Of a stretch of DNA of 64,000 bases, positions 27,093 to 37,271 are shown one piece after another. Location of the stretch: contig JBNKBE010000007.1 of the NCBI GenBank assembly GCA_050287085.1, positions 32,001-96,000 of the forward strand. Reading direction: 5' to 3'. Position numbers and translations under genes: made by a program. Positions within the stretch are counted from its first letter, which is position 1, and the number at the start of each line of letters is the position of its first letter. Source of the DNA: Polyangiaceae bacterium (GTDB lineage Bacteria; Myxococcota_A; Polyangia; Polyangiales; Polyangiaceae). The notes under the pieces are model-generated. The model saw only the letters and a list, made by a program, of their open reading frames with translations, was not told the origin of the DNA and searched no databases.

Positions 27093-29368
27093 GCGGCGTG
27101 CGCCGTGTCGTTTCGTTGCTCCTACTGGCGTTGGCGCCCGCGTGTTCGCGAAGCGAAGCTCCCCAGCCCACGCCCGCTGCAACTCCGCAAGAAGAGCCGT
27201 CCACCGAAGTCCGCTCTCGGCCGGTGAGTGGTAAACACTTCGAGCTTCCTCTCATCGACCGTCTGCGCTTCTGCGAAGTACGTCACGACGGCATCTTCAT
27301 CGACACGGGATCGGAGCTGTCGGACGCGCATCGCAACTTTCATCCCGGACCCTTCGACCGCAGCGAAATCAAAAAGAGGGCAGGGCAGCCCTCTGCCTTC
27401 CTCACCGATCGGCGCCGCAGCTACGATTTCTGGCTCGATGCCGAAAACGCGGAGGTCACGGTGTCGCTGCGCGTTCGGGGCGACGCCGCAAGCCGCGTCT
27501 ACGCGAGTTTGGACGGGCGCGCCCTTGGAGCTCGCCGGCTCAACATGACGGAGGCGACCGTCGTTTCGTTCGGTCCGCTTGCCGAGCCCCTCGCCCCCGG
27601 CCGGCACACCGTTGGCCTGCGCTTTTCGGGCCGGCGTAAGGCTACACAGGCCTACGCGCAGCTAGACTGGATCCGCGTTCACCTGCCGATGGGGGACGGT
27701 CTGCACTACGTGCCTCCTACCGCCCGCACGCTGCAGCAGGACATCGTCCTGGGCGCCGCCCCCCGCCGCAGCATTGTGCTGCGCGCCGACAGCAGCGTGC
27801 GCTGCCCCTTCGTGCCGCGTCCCGGCGCCCGTTTGCGACTGGACGTCGGCTACCGCGGCACCGGAAGCGGCGTCGCCCGAGTGGCCGCGCGGCTCGACTC
27901 TGGACAGAGTGTCGTGCTCGCCGAACATCGCTTGGAGGGGGGTCGCGACGCCACCTGGCTGCCGCTGGACCTTGCCTTGGACGCCTTCTCTGGCCGCATT
28001 GTCGCCATCGAGTTCTCCACCTTGGCTGCCAAGCAGGGTGGGCTTATCGCCTTCGGAGAGCCTCGTCTGTTGCAATCAAAAGCCCGGCCGGCTCCCATCG
28101 AGCCGAAGTTGGTGGTTGTCGTAGTCAGTGCCGGACTGCGCCCCCAGTCGGTCCCTCCGTGGGGTGAGCGCAGCGGGCTGTCCCAAATCTTTCGACTGAC
28201 GCAGGCCGGGACGACCTTCGAGAACTACCGCGTACCCACCACCTTTGCCGCCGGCGTATTGGCCACCTTGCTCACCGGATTGCCCTTGCACCGTCACAAG
28301 GTGCTGGATCCTGGAGCGGCACTGCCCGCATCTGTTCCGACCCTGGCGGACGCATTGCGCCAGGTTGGAGCTCGCTCGGCGTTCTTCAGCAACGTTCCGT
28401 ATAGTTTCAGAGCCTTCGGCTTCGCGCGCGGCTTTTCGGTCGCGGACTTCATCTCACCAGCCCAGGACCGTCCCGGTTCAGCCCCGCTGTTGCGCGCCAA
28501 GCAATGGCTCGAGGCCGAACTTGCCGACGAGGAAACACCGCTGCGCTTCATCTTGGTCCACGAGGCCGGTGGCCACCCGCCCTGGGACGTGACCCGCGAC
28601 GAAGCGGCAATGCTGGAACCACACGACTACAACGGCATCATCGAGCCACGCCGCGGCGCGGTAATACTGCGCCAAGTGCGTGGTCGACAACGCAGGTCGA
28701 GTCGAAAGCTAGGACCCAACGACTGGCGCCGCCTCGAAGCACTTCAGCACCGCGCCCTAGCCAAACAAGACACCGCTCTCGGTCATCTCGCTGAGCTCAT
28801 CATCGAGCGCGGCCTGTGGCAAGACACCCTCTTCGTATGGATGGGTGATGTGTCGATGGGCCAGCCCCCGGAAATCCCTTTTGCACCCCTCGGCGACCTC
28901 GACGACGGGCACCTTCTGGTCCCTCTGATCGTCAAGTTTCCTGGCGCCGATCAGGGCACCCGCTACACGGGCGCAGTCGGAACCCCCGACGTCGCGCAAA
29001 CGCTACAGAGCGCGATTCTGGGAGCGTCCGGCGAGCAGGAGCTCGAGACCCTGGGTGACTATGTGGCCGGGGCTGCGGAGCCGATCGAGCGCGGACAGCT
29101 CGCCCTCAGCGGCGCTGAATACACCTTCGACCTCGGTCGCTATCGACTGCATGGCGTGCTGGGGCGACAGCCCGCGTTGTGCGAGCGCACCGTCGATCCC
29201 GCCTGTGAGCTCGACCACTTCGGCGAAGATCCGTTCGTCAGCAAGTGGCTGTGGCGCTTGGCGCTGGAGCAGTTGGTGCGGGAGTTCGGCTCGTCAGAGG
29301 TCGTGACAACCCAGCCGGCGAAGCTCGACCGAGATACGCGCGCAGCCCTCACCGTCTTCGGGCTCTAG
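27089..29368 (+). CDS. Sulfatase/alkaline-phosphatase-fold lipoprotein with a degenerate active site
   Basis: Lipobox APAC, ATLLTG..P..H, TLADAL, GF.RGF, H.PW, VPLIVK.PG and DVAQT motifs. Confidence 0.78.
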   Translation: MSGVRRVVSLLLLALAPACSRSEAPQPTPAATPQEEPSTEVRSRPVSGKHFELPLIDRLRFCEVRHDGIFIDTGSELSDAHRNFHPGPFDRSEIKKRAGQPSAFLTDRRRSYDFWLDAENAEVTVSLRVRGDAASRVYASLDGRALGARRLNMTEATVVSFGPLAEPLAPGRHTVGLRFSGRRKATQAYAQLDWIRVHLPMGDGLHYVPPTARTLQQDIVLGAAPRRSIVLRADSSVRCPFVPRPGARLRLDVGYRGTGSGVARVAARLDSGQSVVLAEHRLEGGRDATWLPLDLALDAFSGRIVAIEFSTLAAKQGGLIAFGEPRLLQSKARPAPIEPKLVVVVVSAGLRPQSVPPWGERSGLSQIFRLTQAGTTFENYRVPTTFAAGVLATLLTGLPLHRHKVLDPGAALPASVPTLADALRQVGARSAFFSNVPYSFRAFGFARGFSVADFISPAQDRPGSAPLLRAKQWLEAELADEETPLRFILVHEAGGHPPWDVTRDEAAMLEPHDYNGIIEPRRGAVILRQVRGRQRRSSRKLGPNDWRRLEALQHRALAKQDTALGHLAELIIERGLWQDTLFVWMGDVSMGQPPEIPFAPLGDLDDGHLLVPLIVKFPGADQGTRYTGAVGTPDVAQTLQSAILGASGEQELETLGDYVAGAAEPIERGQLALSGAEYTFDLGRYRLHGVLGRQPALCERTVDPACELDHFGEDPFVSKWLWRLALEQLVREFGSSEVVTTQPAKLDRDTRAALTVFGL

Positions 29369-29371
29369 CCC

Positions 29372-30070
29372 TCAGCGACCGCGCGCATCACCCCACGCCG
29401 CGACGTGCAACCTTGGCGAGAAGCCAAAACCCGCGGCACGACACCAGGTCACCACGTCACGGCTTCGCTCGCGAAGCGTCTCGCGCTCTACCGCCTGCGG
29501 CTGCAGCAAAACCCGCTCGTGCGCGAGCTTCAAACTGGCGCGCAGAGCCTCAACCGCCGCCACGTCACTTTCCTGCTCAACCACGCACTTCAGCCACATC
29601 CGGCCGCTAGCTCGCAGCGCTGCGAGCGCGGGTTGCACCACGGCGACCCGCCGCGCTTGGCCTGAGTTGCCTAGCTTGACCGACACATTCCACTGGTCGA
29701 CGCGCGCAAGTAGCGCCTGCTCCGGAACGATCGTCCCGTTGGTTTCCACTTCCAACACTTGCTCAGGAGATAGACCCGCCACCAACTCCACCAAACGGCG
29801 CTGCTGCAGCAGAGGCTCGCCTCCCGTCAACACCACCCCAGCGGACCCCTTCAGGCGCTGCCCAAGCTCCGCAACCGACACGCGCCGCGTCTCCTTGGCT
29901 TTGTCAAATCGGTTAAAATCCCAGGAGTAGGGCGTGTCGCAGTAGCTGCAAGTGAGATTGCAGCCTGCGAGGCGCACGAACGTCCGCGGCGCGCCCGCAG
30001 ACGCCCCTTCGCCCTGGATGCTATCGAACACCTCGCTCAGGGTCAGCACAAGGTCTGTATCCGGGGGCAT
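29372..30070 (-). CDS. queE: 7-carboxy-7-deazaguanine synthase (radical SAM)
   Basis: SIQGEG, FVRLAGCNLTCSYCDTPY, TGGEP, ETNGT, SPRLH. Confidence 0.92.
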   Translation of the reverse strand: MPPDTDLVLTLSEVFDSIQGEGASAGAPRTFVRLAGCNLTCSYCDTPYSWDFNRFDKAKETRRVSVAELGQRLKGSAGVVLTGGEPLLQQRRLVELVAGLSPEQVLEVETNGTIVPEQALLARVDQWNVSVKLGNSGQARRVAVVQPALAALRASGRMWLKCVVEQESDVAAVEALRASLKLAHERVLLQPQAVERETLRERSRDVVTWCRAAGFGFSPRLHVAAWGDARGR

Positions 30071-30165
30071 TGTTTCAGGCCCTAGTCGGCGACCCAGGTG
30101 ATGACAAGCCCCAAGCGCAACGGGCGTCGTTGGCGCCCCGGGACGGGCGTGCTATGCGGACCACC

Positions 30166-30927
30166 ATGATCCAAGACAAGCGCGGCGGACGGCCGCTCGA
30201 CGAGCCTCGGCCTGTCGAAATCGTAGTCGGCTACCACCGCCTTGCGGAGGGATCGGCGCTCTATACCTGTGGCGGCACACGGGTGCTCGCCACCGCGAGC
30301 GTCGAGGACTCGGTCCCCCGCTTCTTGGAGCAAACGGGGCGAGGCTGGGTTACAGCCGACTACCAGATGCATCCGCGCGCGAACCCGAAGCGTCGCGAGC
30401 GACGCGACGGGCGCGAGAAGCCCGTCTCCGGTCGGGCGAAAGAAATCGAACGTCTGATTGGGCGCGCGCTCCGCGCTTCAGTCGACCTCAAGCGTTTGGG
30501 TGAACGCACGATATACGTCGATTGCGAAGTGCTGGAAGCCGACGGCGGTACCCGCACCGCATCCGTCACGGCCGGCTTTGTCGCACTGGCTCAAGCAGCG
30601 CAGCGCCTCTACCATCTGGGACTCCTGAAAGGACCGCTGCTCGAAGATCAGGTCGCAGCCATCAGCGTCGGCCACGTCGACGGAACATACGCGTTGGATC
30701 TCTGTTATGCCGAGGACAGCACCGCGCGGGTCGATCTCAATGTTGTCGCCACCGCTGGTGGGGACATCGTTGAACTGCAGGGCACGGCCGAAGGGCGAGC
30801 GGTACCGCGCGCAGATGTCGACGCCATGCTCAGCTTGGGCCTTGCCGGCATCGCCAAGCTCTGCGAACACCAGCAGAGCGCCCTGACGAGCGCGGGCGTT
30901 GACCTCAAGGCCCTGATCAAACCCTGA
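30166..30927 (+). CDS. rph: Ribonuclease PH
   Basis: AEGSAL, GWVTA.Y, SGR..EI.RLIGRALR, ADGGTRTA, ELQGTAEG. Confidence 0.96.
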   Translation: MIQDKRGGRPLDEPRPVEIVVGYHRLAEGSALYTCGGTRVLATASVEDSVPRFLEQTGRGWVTADYQMHPRANPKRRERRDGREKPVSGRAKEIERLIGRALRASVDLKRLGERTIYVDCEVLEADGGTRTASVTAGFVALAQAAQRLYHLGLLKGPLLEDQVAAISVGHVDGTYALDLCYAEDSTARVDLNVVATAGGDIVELQGTAEGRAVPRADVDAMLSLGLAGIAKLCEHQQSALTSAGVDLKALIKP

Positions 30928-31217
30928 TGACCTTGGGCAACGTCACACCCAAGACCGGCGGCCGTATGCACGCGGTGCTCGACGTCTGCCACGAGCAGTC
31001 CGCCGAATACCGCGTTACGCTGCGCGCGGCCGACGGCGAGTGGACGGGACGCGCGAGCGTGACGACCGCCGGCAGTGCCGACCTGCAGATGTCCGAAGCG
31101 GGTGCTCCAGATTGGTTGACGGCACTGGCCACAACGGTACTGCGCACCGCCTGCCGCGGCCTGGCCATGACGCAGTGGCCTCGGCGTGTCACGCGCTGGA
31201 GGGCAGCGCGTGACTAG
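30927..31217 (+). CDS. Small hypothetical protein
   Basis: Coupled to rph (TGATG) and overlaps the next gene. C-terminal WPRRVTRWR. Confidence 0.7.
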   Translation: MTLGNVTPKTGGRMHAVLDVCHEQSAEYRVTLRAADGEWTGRASVTTAGSADLQMSEAGAPDWLTALATTVLRTACRGLAMTQWPRRVTRWRAARD

Positions 31218-31989
31218 GAAGACTCGCGCACCGAACCTCGTCACGTTGCTGACGGACTTCGGTGCGCAAGACCCCTACGTTGGAGTCCTGAAAGGGGTGA
31301 TCGCAAGCACCCACCCCGACGCACGCTGGGTCGACCTTTGCCACAGCATCACACCCCAGGACATCCGCGGGGCTGCGTTTTGGCTATCGTTGGTGTTTAC
31401 CCATTTCCCGCCCGGCACGGTTCACCTCGTGGTCGTCGATCCAGGGGTCGGAACGGAGCGCAGGGGCCTGCTCGTGGAGGCCGCGGGTCATGCCTTCGTC
31501 GGTCCAGACAATGGGGTACTGACTGCCGCGCTCGACCAAAGCGGGGCCGTGGCCTACGCGTTGCCGCGCAAACGCGGCGCTACCACCTTCGATGGCCGAG
31601 ACCTCTTCGCGCCGGTGGCCGCGGCGCGGGCCGCGGGTCCGCTCCCAGGCCTGGTACCCGTGAGCCACCCCATTTGCCTGCCGGCCCACACGCTGCGCGC
31701 GGCGGACGACGCCGAGCTCGGGTTGGTGATGACCGTGGACCGATTTGGCAATCTGCTGACGAATCTCCCGGGCACCACGCGCCGCTTCACGGCCGTGGAG
31801 GCGGCAGGGACGCTCTGCCCCTGGGTTCGCTCCTACTCGGAAGCCGCGGAACGATACCCGGGCGCGCCAACTGCCCTCTGCAACGCCTGGGGATTGGTTG
31901 AGCTCACCGTGGGCGGTGGCTCAGCGGCGCAAAACCTTGGGCTAGGCCCCGGGACACGGGTCCGGCCGGTGGTCGCGCCCGCGCGCTGA
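31210..31989 (+). CDS. SAM hydroxide adenosyltransferase / SAM-dependent halogenase family (DUF62)
   Basis: TLLTDFG..DPYVG, VVDPGVGTERR, GPDNG, TFDGRD.F, DRFGN. Confidence 0.92.
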   Translation: MTRKTRAPNLVTLLTDFGAQDPYVGVLKGVIASTHPDARWVDLCHSITPQDIRGAAFWLSLVFTHFPPGTVHLVVVDPGVGTERRGLLVEAAGHAFVGPDNGVLTAALDQSGAVAYALPRKRGATTFDGRDLFAPVAAARAAGPLPGLVPVSHPICLPAHTLRAADDAELGLVMTVDRFGNLLTNLPGTTRRFTAVEAAGTLCPWVRSYSEAAERYPGAPTALCNAWGLVELTVGGGSAAQNLGLGPGTRVRPVVAPAR

Positions 31990-32029
31990 TGATTTGACGA
32001 TCCGCAAGCGAGCGGCATCATGAGACGGT

Positions 32030-34861
32030 ATGCGCCGCTGCTCTCTTCGACTCATCTGGCTGCTCTCGCTCCTGGCGAGCAGCTGTGTGGGCCAGACGGC
32101 GCCCGGCTCACCGCCAAGCGCGATGGCCACGCCCAAAGCGGCGACGGCAAAACGCCACCAGCCAGCAGTCAACGCCCTCGCGCAGGGCGCCGTCCGCACG
32201 CCCGCCGAAGCTGCCGCCGTCCTGCGCGCAGACCTCCGCAGCGGACGCTACGAAGAGGCCCTCGTCGCGGCGCGCCACCTCCGCCAACTTGCCGCCGCCG
32301 AACGCCAACTCGTGGTCGAATCGCTGGTACTCGAAGCCGACGCCCTGCGCGCACTAGGGCGAACGCCCGACGCGGTCGCGTTGCTTGAGGCTGAACAGGG
32401 GACCTCCTCCGACCCGGCCCTCGCGCTTGCGTTGGGAGCCTCCCTGCTCGAAGCCGGCCACAGTCGCCAAGCCCGCCCGGTTCTGATGACGCTCGTCAGC
32501 GCCTACAACAGCGGCGCGCTGTCCGAGCAAGACGCTCGCGCCTTGACGTCGTTGGGCGAAGCGGCCCGGCTGCTGCGCAGTGTGGAAGACGCAAACGACG
32601 CCTTCGATCTCGCCGAGGCGGCCGGCGGTCAGTCCCGCGCTCTGCTGCTTGCCCGCGCCCGGCTCTTCTTCGAGAACCACAACACGCGAGACGCCACCAC
32701 CGTACTCGAGGAACTCCTGAGCTCCGCGCCGGACGATCCGGACGCGCTGCTGCTCTTGGCTCGCGTGCAACTGGCCGATGCCTTGGACTTCGACGGCGCG
32801 CAGCGACTCGTAGGCGCCGCCCTCGCGGTCAACCCCCACGCGACGGATGCCTTCGCGGTCCTCGCCCGGATGGCGCTGCACGACGGTCGTTTCGAACGCG
32901 CCGAGGAGGCCATTGCACAAGGACTCGAAACCAACCCCAAACAACTCGAGTTGCTGAGTCTACGCGCCGCGGCCGCGCTCCTCCGGGGCGACTCCACGGG
33001 CTTCGCCGCGGCGGAGCGGGCAGTACTCTCGCTCAATCCAGAATATGCACAATTCTACGAACACGTAGCCACCTTTGCGGAATGGGAGCATCGCTACCAG
33101 CAGCTCGTAGAACTCTCCGACAAGGCCCTTGCTATCGACCCCGAAAACGGGGCTGCCTTCGCCACTCGCGGACTGAATCTCATTCGCGTTGGGGATGACG
33201 TGCGCGGCGTCCTGGCACTCCGCTCCGCGTTTGACATCGACCCCTACAACGTGCGCGTGTACAACACCCTCGAGCTTTTTGAGAAGGTCATCCCGACGCA
33301 CTATACGTCGACGTCCAGCGGCCACTTCAAGCTACGATATCCGGCACTGGAACAGCCGCTGCTCGAGCGCTACGTTCCTAAGCTGCTAGCGGAAGGCTTC
33401 GCGACCTTCTCACGGCGACACAACTTCGTTCCGGAGACGCCCATCGGCGTCGAGCTCTATTCCGATCGTTCGCATTTTGCGGTTCGAACGAGCGGGTTGC
33501 CTCGAACCGCCATCTCCGGAGTGTGTTTCGGCCGCACCCTCGCAACGATGACGCCGCGAGACGAGCACTTCAATCTGCCGCTCACCTTGTGGCATGAGCT
33601 CGCCCACGTCTTCCACATCCAGAAGTCGAAGAGCCGAGTTCCGCGTTGGTTCACCGAAGGGCTCGCTGAATACGAAAGCGAGCTGCTTGACGCAGAGTGG
33701 AAGCGGGAGCTCGACATGGAGCTCTACGTGGCACTGCGGGATCATCACTTGCCGCGGGTAGAAGCGATGAACGAAGCGTTTACCCACGCCCGCGACGTGG
33801 GCGACGTGAGCGTGGCCTACTACGCCGCCTACAAGCTCGTTCGCATGTTGGGGCAGCGCTATGGGCTACCCAGCATTTCGCGCATGCTCGAGCTCTGGGG
33901 CGAAGGGCACCCAACGCCCGCCGTCTTCCGCCAAGCCCTGGGGCGCACGCCGAAGCAGATCGACGACGAGTTTCGAGGCCTGCTCACGGCGGAGCTCAGC
34001 CCCTACGCCGGCCAGTTCGTTCCGGACCAACGCACGGACGACCCAGCGGCCATCGAACGCGCCGCGCTCGACCAACACCCGCCCGCTGATGCCCTGGCGC
34101 GCTGGGCGTGGCTGCTTCTCGGCCAGGGCAAGCTCGCCAAGGCGAAGGCAGCCGCGGCGCGTGCAGTCGCCGCCAACACGCCCCAGGCGCTGTGGGTGGA
34201 CGGCCAGGTCGCTCTCGCCGGAAGGGACTTCGCGCGCGCGGTACGCCGCGCCACCGCGCTGCAAACGCAGGGAAGCGATGGCTACGCGGCTGCGGTGCTT
34301 CTGGCCCGCGCCAAGGCGGGCGCCCGGGACCAAGCTGGGGCGCGCAGCGCCTGGCAACGCGCCCACTACTTCGATCCTGTCGCTAGTGCCCCGCTCACCG
34401 CCCTGGTGCACGACGCCGCCGTGCGCGCCGACAGTGACGCTGAACTCGAATACTTGCGCAAGCTAGCCGCCTTAGATGAACACGATGGTAGGCTAGCGCT
34501 GCGCTTGTCACAACTGCTGCTAGCTGCGGGTAATGCACGAGACGCCAGAGCGGCCGCGCAGAACGCGGTGTGGGCGGATATCGAGAACGCCGCCACCCAC
34601 GAACACTTGGCGACGCTGCTCGCCGCGGCCGGCGACAAGGCGGCCGCGATGGACGAATGGAAAAGCGCCGCCGCGTGCCCCGGCCCGGCGGACGCACGCC
34701 GTCGTGCGCTCCTCGCCCTCGCCCTCATCGCCGAAGGTCAGGGCCGACCGGCTGAGGCGTCTCGGTGGCGTGAAGAAGCGAAAGCCGTGTTGCCACACCC
34801 CGGAGACGAAACTAGTGTCACCGTGCCGGAAGCGAAGAAGGCGGGTCCCAATGGGCCCTAG
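32030..34861 (+). CDS. TPR-rich lipoprotein with a central gluzincin (peptidase MA-like) domain
   Basis: ASSC lipobox, TPR repeats, HELAH followed by PRWFTEGLAEY. Confidence 0.85.
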   Translation: MRRCSLRLIWLLSLLASSCVGQTAPGSPPSAMATPKAATAKRHQPAVNALAQGAVRTPAEAAAVLRADLRSGRYEEALVAARHLRQLAAAERQLVVESLVLEADALRALGRTPDAVALLEAEQGTSSDPALALALGASLLEAGHSRQARPVLMTLVSAYNSGALSEQDARALTSLGEAARLLRSVEDANDAFDLAEAAGGQSRALLLARARLFFENHNTRDATTVLEELLSSAPDDPDALLLLARVQLADALDFDGAQRLVGAALAVNPHATDAFAVLARMALHDGRFERAEEAIAQGLETNPKQLELLSLRAAAALLRGDSTGFAAAERAVLSLNPEYAQFYEHVATFAEWEHRYQQLVELSDKALAIDPENGAAFATRGLNLIRVGDDVRGVLALRSAFDIDPYNVRVYNTLELFEKVIPTHYTSTSSGHFKLRYPALEQPLLERYVPKLLAEGFATFSRRHNFVPETPIGVELYSDRSHFAVRTSGLPRTAISGVCFGRTLATMTPRDEHFNLPLTLWHELAHVFHIQKSKSRVPRWFTEGLAEYESELLDAEWKRELDMELYVALRDHHLPRVEAMNEAFTHARDVGDVSVAYYAAYKLVRMLGQRYGLPSISRMLELWGEGHPTPAVFRQALGRTPKQIDDEFRGLLTAELSPYAGQFVPDQRTDDPAAIERAALDQHPPADALARWAWLLLGQGKLAKAKAAAARAVAANTPQALWVDGQVALAGRDFARAVRRATALQTQGSDGYAAAVLLARAKAGARDQAGARSAWQRAHYFDPVASAPLTALVHDAAVRADSDAELEYLRKLAALDEHDGRLALRLSQLLLAAGNARDARAAAQNAVWADIENAATHEHLATLLAAAGDKAAAMDEWKSAAACPGPADARRRALLALALIAEGQGRPAEASRWREEAKAVLPHPGDETSVTVPEAKKAGPNGP

Positions 34862-34920
34862 GAAAGTGTTGAACGCTACTTCTCTCCCCAAGGCGACCCC
34901 CAATACGGTTCGTATGTCCC

Positions 34921-36570
34921 ATGGTTGCAGCAAGACCTGACGCGCGCGGCACGCTCGGTGACAAGCCGCTCGTACAGCTGCTCGTATACCTGCTGGATCA
35001 CAATCTTAGCGGATCTCTCGTGCTCGAGACCGACGCGGGGGCGCGTTCGGCAATCACCTTTCTGGGCGGCGCGCCCACCAAAACCTTGTACCCAGCGGAG
35101 CAAACACGCTTGGGAAACCTGTGTGTCGACTACGGCCTGCTCACGGCGGCTGACGTCAGCGCAGCGCTTGCCAGTGCCACCCCCGGGCTCATCGGCCAGC
35201 GCCTCGTCGCTTTGGGCAAGCTGAGCGACGACGAGCTCGCGTCTGTCTTGCGAGAGCAGCTCTACGTGCACCTCGAAGGCATGGCGCAACTCCCTGCCAC
35301 AACCCGCTACGGCTTCTACCGAAACAAGGACTTTCTCGAGACTCGCCTTGCGTCCACCGAGTCGGCCGATGCTCTCACCGCTCTGTGGCGAGTCGCTCAG
35401 GCAGCGCCTCCGGCGGGGGTCGCAGACTTCGCGCAGCGGGCACAAGCGGTTGTCATGAAGCTACATCCCCAGTCGCGCGTGGGTCGCTTTGGCTTCGCGC
35501 CTGAGGACCGCGCGGTGACGGATGTCCTCCGCGTTCGCCCACACCGCTTGGATGAGCTGCTCGCGAGCGGGCTTCTGCCTCGCGACCGCCTGGAACTGGT
35601 CCTCTACGTGCTGGCTCTTTCGCGCCATCTCGACTTTGGACACAATGCCTTTCCGCTCGGCGTCGACCCGACGGAGATCAAGACATTGCTACCCCGTCCG
35701 AACACCCGTGCGCCGCGTCTACCCGGCTCGGTTGCACCACGTAGCAGCCAATACGGAGCGCGCAGCGGTCATCAGCCAGCGCCTGCCAGCACGGGGCAGC
35801 GGCCCGATTCGACGGCCCCGCACTCCCGGGATCAGATCGAGGAACTGCTGCAGCGAGGTAAGGCTACCGACTACTACGAACTGCTTGGGGTCACGCCACA
35901 GGTCGACACAACGGCGGTGTCGCATGCCTTCTTTCAGCTTGCTAAGCGCTGGCACCCCGACAAGCTCGACCCGGAGCTAGGCGCTGACCAGAGAGCACAG
36001 ATCACCAAGATCTTCTCGCGGATGACCGAAGCTCACCAAGTGCTCACCAGCCCGGAGCAACGCGCAGAATACGACCGCTTGGTTGCCGAGGGGCACAATA
36101 GCGACGACGAACAGCTGCGCGTGCAAGAGATTCTGAAGGCGGCCACCCTATTTCAGAAGGCTGAGGTCCTCGCGCGCCGCAGCGACTGGACTGCTGCGGC
36201 ACGACTCGCCCAAGAGGCCGCGCAGCTGGACCCAGATCAAGCAGAGTACCAGGCGTTGCTGGCGTGGGTGTTAGCCAAAGGTGGATCGCGAGGCGCCGCG
36301 GTCGATCTCAACGCGTTGCTCGCAACCCTGACCGCAGCATCGAATAAACACCCCCACAACGCGCGCATGCGTCACTATCGGGCTCAAGTCTTGCAACTCG
36401 CCGGCAAGACTCACGAGGCGATCCGTGAGTATCGCCGCGTGGTCGAGCTCGACCCCCGCAACGTCGACGCGCAGCGCGAGCTCCGGCTCTTTCAAATGCG
36501 GCGCGCAGACTCGCGGAGCCCCTCGCCAGAAAAGCAGGGCCTGCTGGGAAAGCTCTTCAAGAAGAGCTGA
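34921..36570 (+). CDS. J-domain protein with DUF4388-like N-terminus and C-terminal TPRs
   Basis: DYYELLGV...AKRWHPDK...RAEYD J-domain and TPR-like tail. Confidence 0.9.
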   Translation: MVAARPDARGTLGDKPLVQLLVYLLDHNLSGSLVLETDAGARSAITFLGGAPTKTLYPAEQTRLGNLCVDYGLLTAADVSAALASATPGLIGQRLVALGKLSDDELASVLREQLYVHLEGMAQLPATTRYGFYRNKDFLETRLASTESADALTALWRVAQAAPPAGVADFAQRAQAVVMKLHPQSRVGRFGFAPEDRAVTDVLRVRPHRLDELLASGLLPRDRLELVLYVLALSRHLDFGHNAFPLGVDPTEIKTLLPRPNTRAPRLPGSVAPRSSQYGARSGHQPAPASTGQRPDSTAPHSRDQIEELLQRGKATDYYELLGVTPQVDTTAVSHAFFQLAKRWHPDKLDPELGADQRAQITKIFSRMTEAHQVLTSPEQRAEYDRLVAEGHNSDDEQLRVQEILKAATLFQKAEVLARRSDWTAAARLAQEAAQLDPDQAEYQALLAWVLAKGGSRGAAVDLNALLATLTAASNKHPHNARMRHYRAQVLQLAGKTHEAIREYRRVVELDPRNVDAQRELRLFQMRRADSRSPSPEKQGLLGKLFKKS

Positions 36571-36718
36571 GACGTCCTGCTTCAAATTCGACGGGTAGGG
36601 GTCCGCTCATCAGCCAGGCGGTGCTGCAACCGGCCCCCAAAAGCCGAACCCCTCCCACCGGCCGCACCCCAAAACCGCGGGAGCGAGCAAGCTCGCTCCG
36701 TCAAAGCAGAGTTGTCCG

Positions 36719-37246
36719 CTACTGCTTGACGGCCCCGTGCAGGGCTCCCACCTGACGAAGCGCCTCAAACAAGGCAATGGCAACGCTATTGGCAAGATTG
36801 AGGGAGCGCACGGGACCCAGCGTCGGGATCCCGACCACCCGATCCGCGAAGCGCTCCAGCACTTCCGGACCAAGCCCCGTACTCTCTTTGCCGAATACGA
36901 GCGCGTCACCCGGACGGAACTCAACGTCCAGATAGCTCCGCTCAGCGCGGCCGCTGAACAGCCATAGGCGCTCCGTCCCGCCTTGCGCGAGACTGAGTTG
37001 GGCCACAGCGAAGTCCGCATGGGTGTGCACCGTCGCCAGCGGCCACGTGTCGACGCCCGCACGCCGCACGGCGTGTTCATCGATCGAAAACCCGAGTCGC
37101 CCAACGAGGTGCAGGGGGCTCTGCGTCGCTGCGCACAGGCGCACGATGTTGCCGGTGTTGGGAGGAATCTCGGGCTCAACCAACACCACGTGAAAGGGTC
37201 GCTCGAGGCCGGTGCCACGCAGGCGTTGGGCATCGTGGTTGCTCAT
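36719..37246 (-). CDS. trmL: tRNA (cytidine/uridine(34)-2'-O)-methyltransferase
   Basis: PEIPPNTGNI.RLCA, RRAG.D, FGKESTGL, RSLNLANS. Confidence 0.94.
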   Translation of the reverse strand: MSNHDAQRLRGTGLERPFHVVLVEPEIPPNTGNIVRLCAATQSPLHLVGRLGFSIDEHAVRRAGVDTWPLATVHTHADFAVAQLSLAQGGTERLWLFSGRAERSYLDVEFRPGDALVFGKESTGLGPEVLERFADRVVGIPTLGPVRSLNLANSVAIALFEALRQVGALHGAVKQ

Positions 37247-37271
37247 GGGCTGGACTTACTCGCTGTGCGTT

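Noticed and set aside
37183..37198. Third parS-like site (CCACGTGAAA core in trmL)
   Set aside because: Flanks do not match the palindrome and there are too many mismatches
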